From the NCBI GenBank assembly GCA_050294405.1, contig JBNKOC010000003.1, forward strand, positions 8,083 to 72,082: DNA of 64,000 bases, written 5' to 3'. The position numbers and the translations under genes are program-made. Under the pieces are notes generated by a model. That model made no database searches and was not told the origin of the DNA. It was given only the letters and a program-made list of their open reading frames with translations. This DNA comes from Fibrobacteria bacterium. GTDB lineage: Bacteria > Fibrobacterota > Fibrobacteria > UBA11236 > JADFYW01. Shown here one piece after another: positions 61,695-64,000 of the stretch (position 1 is its first letter; the number at the start of each line of letters is the position of its first letter).

Positions 61695-61856
61695 CAGAGA
61701 TATCTCCTTCACTTAAATAAGAATGCGCGTTTAATTCAAAATTTGCACTTAAACACGAATAAAATGGTAATTTTTGTATTTTTTGTCAGTGATCTTCCTC
61801 ACATCAGTGAGTAAAAGTATATTTGGAAGGTAATTAACTCAGCGGTTTAATAAGTT

Positions 61857-61863
61857 GTTAAAC
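61857..61863 (+). other. Candidate attI crossover core GTTAAAC
   Basis: GTTRRRY located between the divergent integrase and the first cassette ORF; exact reverse complement of the R'' GTTTAAC at 63754. Confidence 0.45.
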
Positions 61864-61897
61864 ATCCTAAAAATTTATAAAACAAAGATTTTGTAAA

Positions 61898-63142
61898 ATG
61901 GGACCTAACTTACTTTTTGATAAATCTTTTATTCAGTCTTTAAGCGAAAATGAATCGGTTTGGTTAGATAGGTTTTATACCAGCTTAATTAATCCATTAT
62001 TTTATATTGAATCATTAGCTGATTTAAAAAAAACGCCAAGGGCAGGGAAAACGGCCGAGGAAGAATTACAAATATTAGCTGAAAAAACTCCACACATGGG
62101 CTCTATGCCTTGTACCTATCATAAAACTCTTTTAATTAATGAATTATTGGGTGGTACAGTGCCGCTATATGGGCAATTACCATTATTGGGAGGCCGGCCA
62201 GTTAAGTTTAAAGGCCAGAGTGGGATTGTTTATGAAGTTTCTCCCGAAGTTGAAGCTATGGAAAGGTGGGGTCTTGGAGAATTTGAAAAGGTGGAATACA
62301 TTCAAGCTTCAAATTGGCGTGAAGCAATAAACCAAATCGATCTTAAAAAATCTAATACGCTTTTGGATTTATTGAATATCTCTGATATAAAAGTGACTTC
62401 GTTTGAGAAAGTAAAATCTATTTCAAGAAATTTTGTTAGTGCAAACATAAAAGTTTACGAAAAAATATTACTCCTATTCTCATTTTTAGGAATTGAAGAT
62501 ACATTATATTCGAAAATTCTTGGGTATTGGACTCAACAAGGTAAACCAAATTTACCAAGCATATTCCCTTATGCAACATTTATTCTCGAATTGGAAATAT
62601 TTTTTAGAATTGCAATTCAATCGAGTTTAATTTCCGCAGAACGAAAAACAAATAAAATTGATTTAAACTATTTATATTACCTTCCTTTTGCACACGAATT
62701 TGTATCTAGTGATAAATTACATAAAAATATTACCCCACATTTTTTAGCACCACATCAAAATTTTATTTGGGGCCCAGAATTAAAACAGGATTTAGCAAAA
62801 ATCAATTCACATTATCACCAGTTTTCGGAAGAAGAAAAAGAAAAAGGCTTACATAAATTTGCTCCAATACCACCAACCAATTTTGAATCAATAGTATCAA
62901 AGTCATGGGATTCTTTTTGTAGACCAGATTGGAGAATTCCATCATTTTCTTCAAGAAAAGAAAAGAATATGGAAGCTGATAAAAATTTAGTAAAGCATGT
63001 GAATGAAATGGGAGAGGCACCAACGCTACAAAACGAACAAATTGATTTTGATATAAAGAATCCAGAATCAATAACAATTAAAAGACATTATAAACACAAA
63101 AAAGGTGATTGGTGGCAATTACCAAAAAACATGAAAAAATGA
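61898..63142 (+). CDS. Hypothetical protein (putative integron cassette; PIN-like acidic motifs)
   Basis: AT-rich 414-aa ORF; LLFDKS, YIES and NKIDLNYLYYLPFAHEFVSSDKLH. Confidence 0.75.
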   Translation: MGPNLLFDKSFIQSLSENESVWLDRFYTSLINPLFYIESLADLKKTPRAGKTAEEELQILAEKTPHMGSMPCTYHKTLLINELLGGTVPLYGQLPLLGGRPVKFKGQSGIVYEVSPEVEAMERWGLGEFEKVEYIQASNWREAINQIDLKKSNTLLDLLNISDIKVTSFEKVKSISRNFVSANIKVYEKILLLFSFLGIEDTLYSKILGYWTQQGKPNLPSIFPYATFILELEIFFRIAIQSSLISAERKTNKIDLNYLYYLPFAHEFVSSDKLHKNITPHFLAPHQNFIWGPELKQDLAKINSHYHQFSEEEKEKGLHKFAPIPPTNFESIVSKSWDSFCRPDWRIPSFSSRKEKNMEADKNLVKHVNEMGEAPTLQNEQIDFDIKNPESITIKRHYKHKKGDWWQLPKNMKK

Positions 63143-63238
63143 AAATTTGACAAAATTGCACGATGGTGGCATTAAAGGTACAAAAGTTCAAATATGGTAT
63201 GAGTCAAATACATATGGCTCTAAAAATGAAAAATTACC

Positions 63239-63275
63239 GTCAAGCAATTCGTTGTTGCTGAGCCGGGGGGCAAAA
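63239..63275 (+). other. Degenerate left-half attC remnant
   Basis: GCAATTCGTTGTTGCTGAGCCGGG resembles ACAATTCATTGGAGCTGAGCTGGG of the intact attC. Confidence 0.45.
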
Positions 63276-63327
63276 ATTATATCTAAATTGCTATTATAAA
63301 AAGAGATAAACTAAGCTGAATAACTAT

Positions 63328-63759
63328 ATGGAATACAATGGACCCAAAAAATCAATGCTCCAAAGTATAAATGATTATTGGTTTATAATCATTATTTTTT
63401 TAGGTGTTATTATTTATGGAATATACCATCAAAATTTCTTTTTATCGATTGTGGCGATATTTTTTTTTCTTCCTTTTTTAAGTTTGATTACGATTGGATT
63501 GCAACTAAATATCTCGCTTTCAGAGAGATCAATTGCATATAAACAATATTTTGGAAAATGGATGGTGTCAGAAACAAATATTGAATTTAGTGAAATTAAA
63601 GAAGTGAAAGAAATACCATCAAGGGGTGAAAAACATATTGAAGTTGTAAGTTCCAAGGGAAATATCATTTCTTATAATTTATCATTAATTAAAAATGGAA
63701 ATAAACTCTTCGAAATATTGAAAAAAAAAGAAAACGAATTTAAAAAATATAATGTTTAA
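63328..63759 (+). CDS. Hypothetical membrane protein (two TM plus PH-like domain), integron cassette
   Basis: Two N-terminal hydrophobic helices; the stop codon lies inside the attC R'' box. Confidence 0.75.
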   Translation: MEYNGPKKSMLQSINDYWFIIIIFLGVIIYGIYHQNFFLSIVAIFFFLPFLSLITIGLQLNISLSERSIAYKQYFGKWMVSETNIEFSEIKEVKEIPSRGEKHIEVVSSKGNIISYNLSLIKNGNKLFEILKKKENEFKKYNV

Positions 63760-63870
63760 CAATTCATTGGAGCTGAGCTGGGCGTCATAAATTGCGCCCA
63801 AATTTCTATGGTAAAATTTAGAAATTTGGGCTTGGACTCTGAATTCCGCCAGCTCAATTCCGTGTTCTTC
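63754..63870 (+). mobile_element. attC recombination site
   Basis: R'' GTTTAAC overlapping the stop; L boxes TTGGAGCTG / CAGCTCAA with an extra base; internal 13-bp inverted repeat (63796-63808 / 63819-63831); R' GTT at 63864. Confidence 0.75.
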
Positions 63871-63915
63871 GGACCATGAAACGTTTGTTGTTTGTTAAAG
63901 GTTAAAAGAAATAAA

Positions 63916-64000
63916 ATGCTTTATAAATATTTTTTCCATACATTTACAATTTTGGTTTTTCTTAATTGCAGTTCAATAATTAGGAATTACAACCATTTGA
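63916..64000 (+). CDS. 3'-truncated putative lipoprotein (next cassette)
   Basis: MLYKYFFHTFTILVFLNCSS... is open to the window end; lipobox-like FLNC. Confidence 0.5.
   Translation, partial: MLYKYFFHTFTILVFLNCSSIIRNYNHL

Noticed and set aside
1..64000. tRNA and rRNA genes, IS elements, prophage genes
   Set aside because: I recognised no such motifs, transposase ORFs or phage structural genes.

Overview
This is a ~64 kb bacterial chromosomal window. Its lineage markers point to Fibrobacterota (inference): three TIGR02147/DUF4423 genes, a fibro-slime protein, a FISUMP-domain lipoprotein and many secreted proteins with T9SS-like C-terminal tails. It encodes large Ig-repeat surface lipoproteins, plant-polysaccharide enzymes (GH44, PL9, CE6/SASA, DUF1080) and a CheY-less cheA-cheW-MCP-cheR-cheD-cheB operon. 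It also carries a TPR-fused rifampin ADP-ribosyltransferase (arr), a sigma54-driven PEP-CTERM gene, a patch of decayed genes (marR/doxX/chrA) and an inactivated integron with cassettes at the right end. The main candidates for undescribed biology are four. (1) A 47.8-60.2 kb cluster joins two Npt1/Npt2-type nucleotide translocases (one HEAT-fused, with a separate cNMP-binding gene), a signal-peptide-bearing atypical kinase-fold protein, a POTRA-less Omp85-type barrel, PAP2 and PhoD phosphatases and a two-component pair; it may be an extracytoplasmic ATP-dependent phosphorylation system. (2) A TIGR02147 regulator plus modular lipoprotein pair recurs three times, with candidate operator motifs. 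(3) A ~160-210 nt structured RNA at 8.7-8.9 kb is bounded by a promoter and a terminator. (4) A 21-bp-period non-coding array lies at 61.16-61.37 kb. All family calls come from motif recognition by eye; no database search was run.
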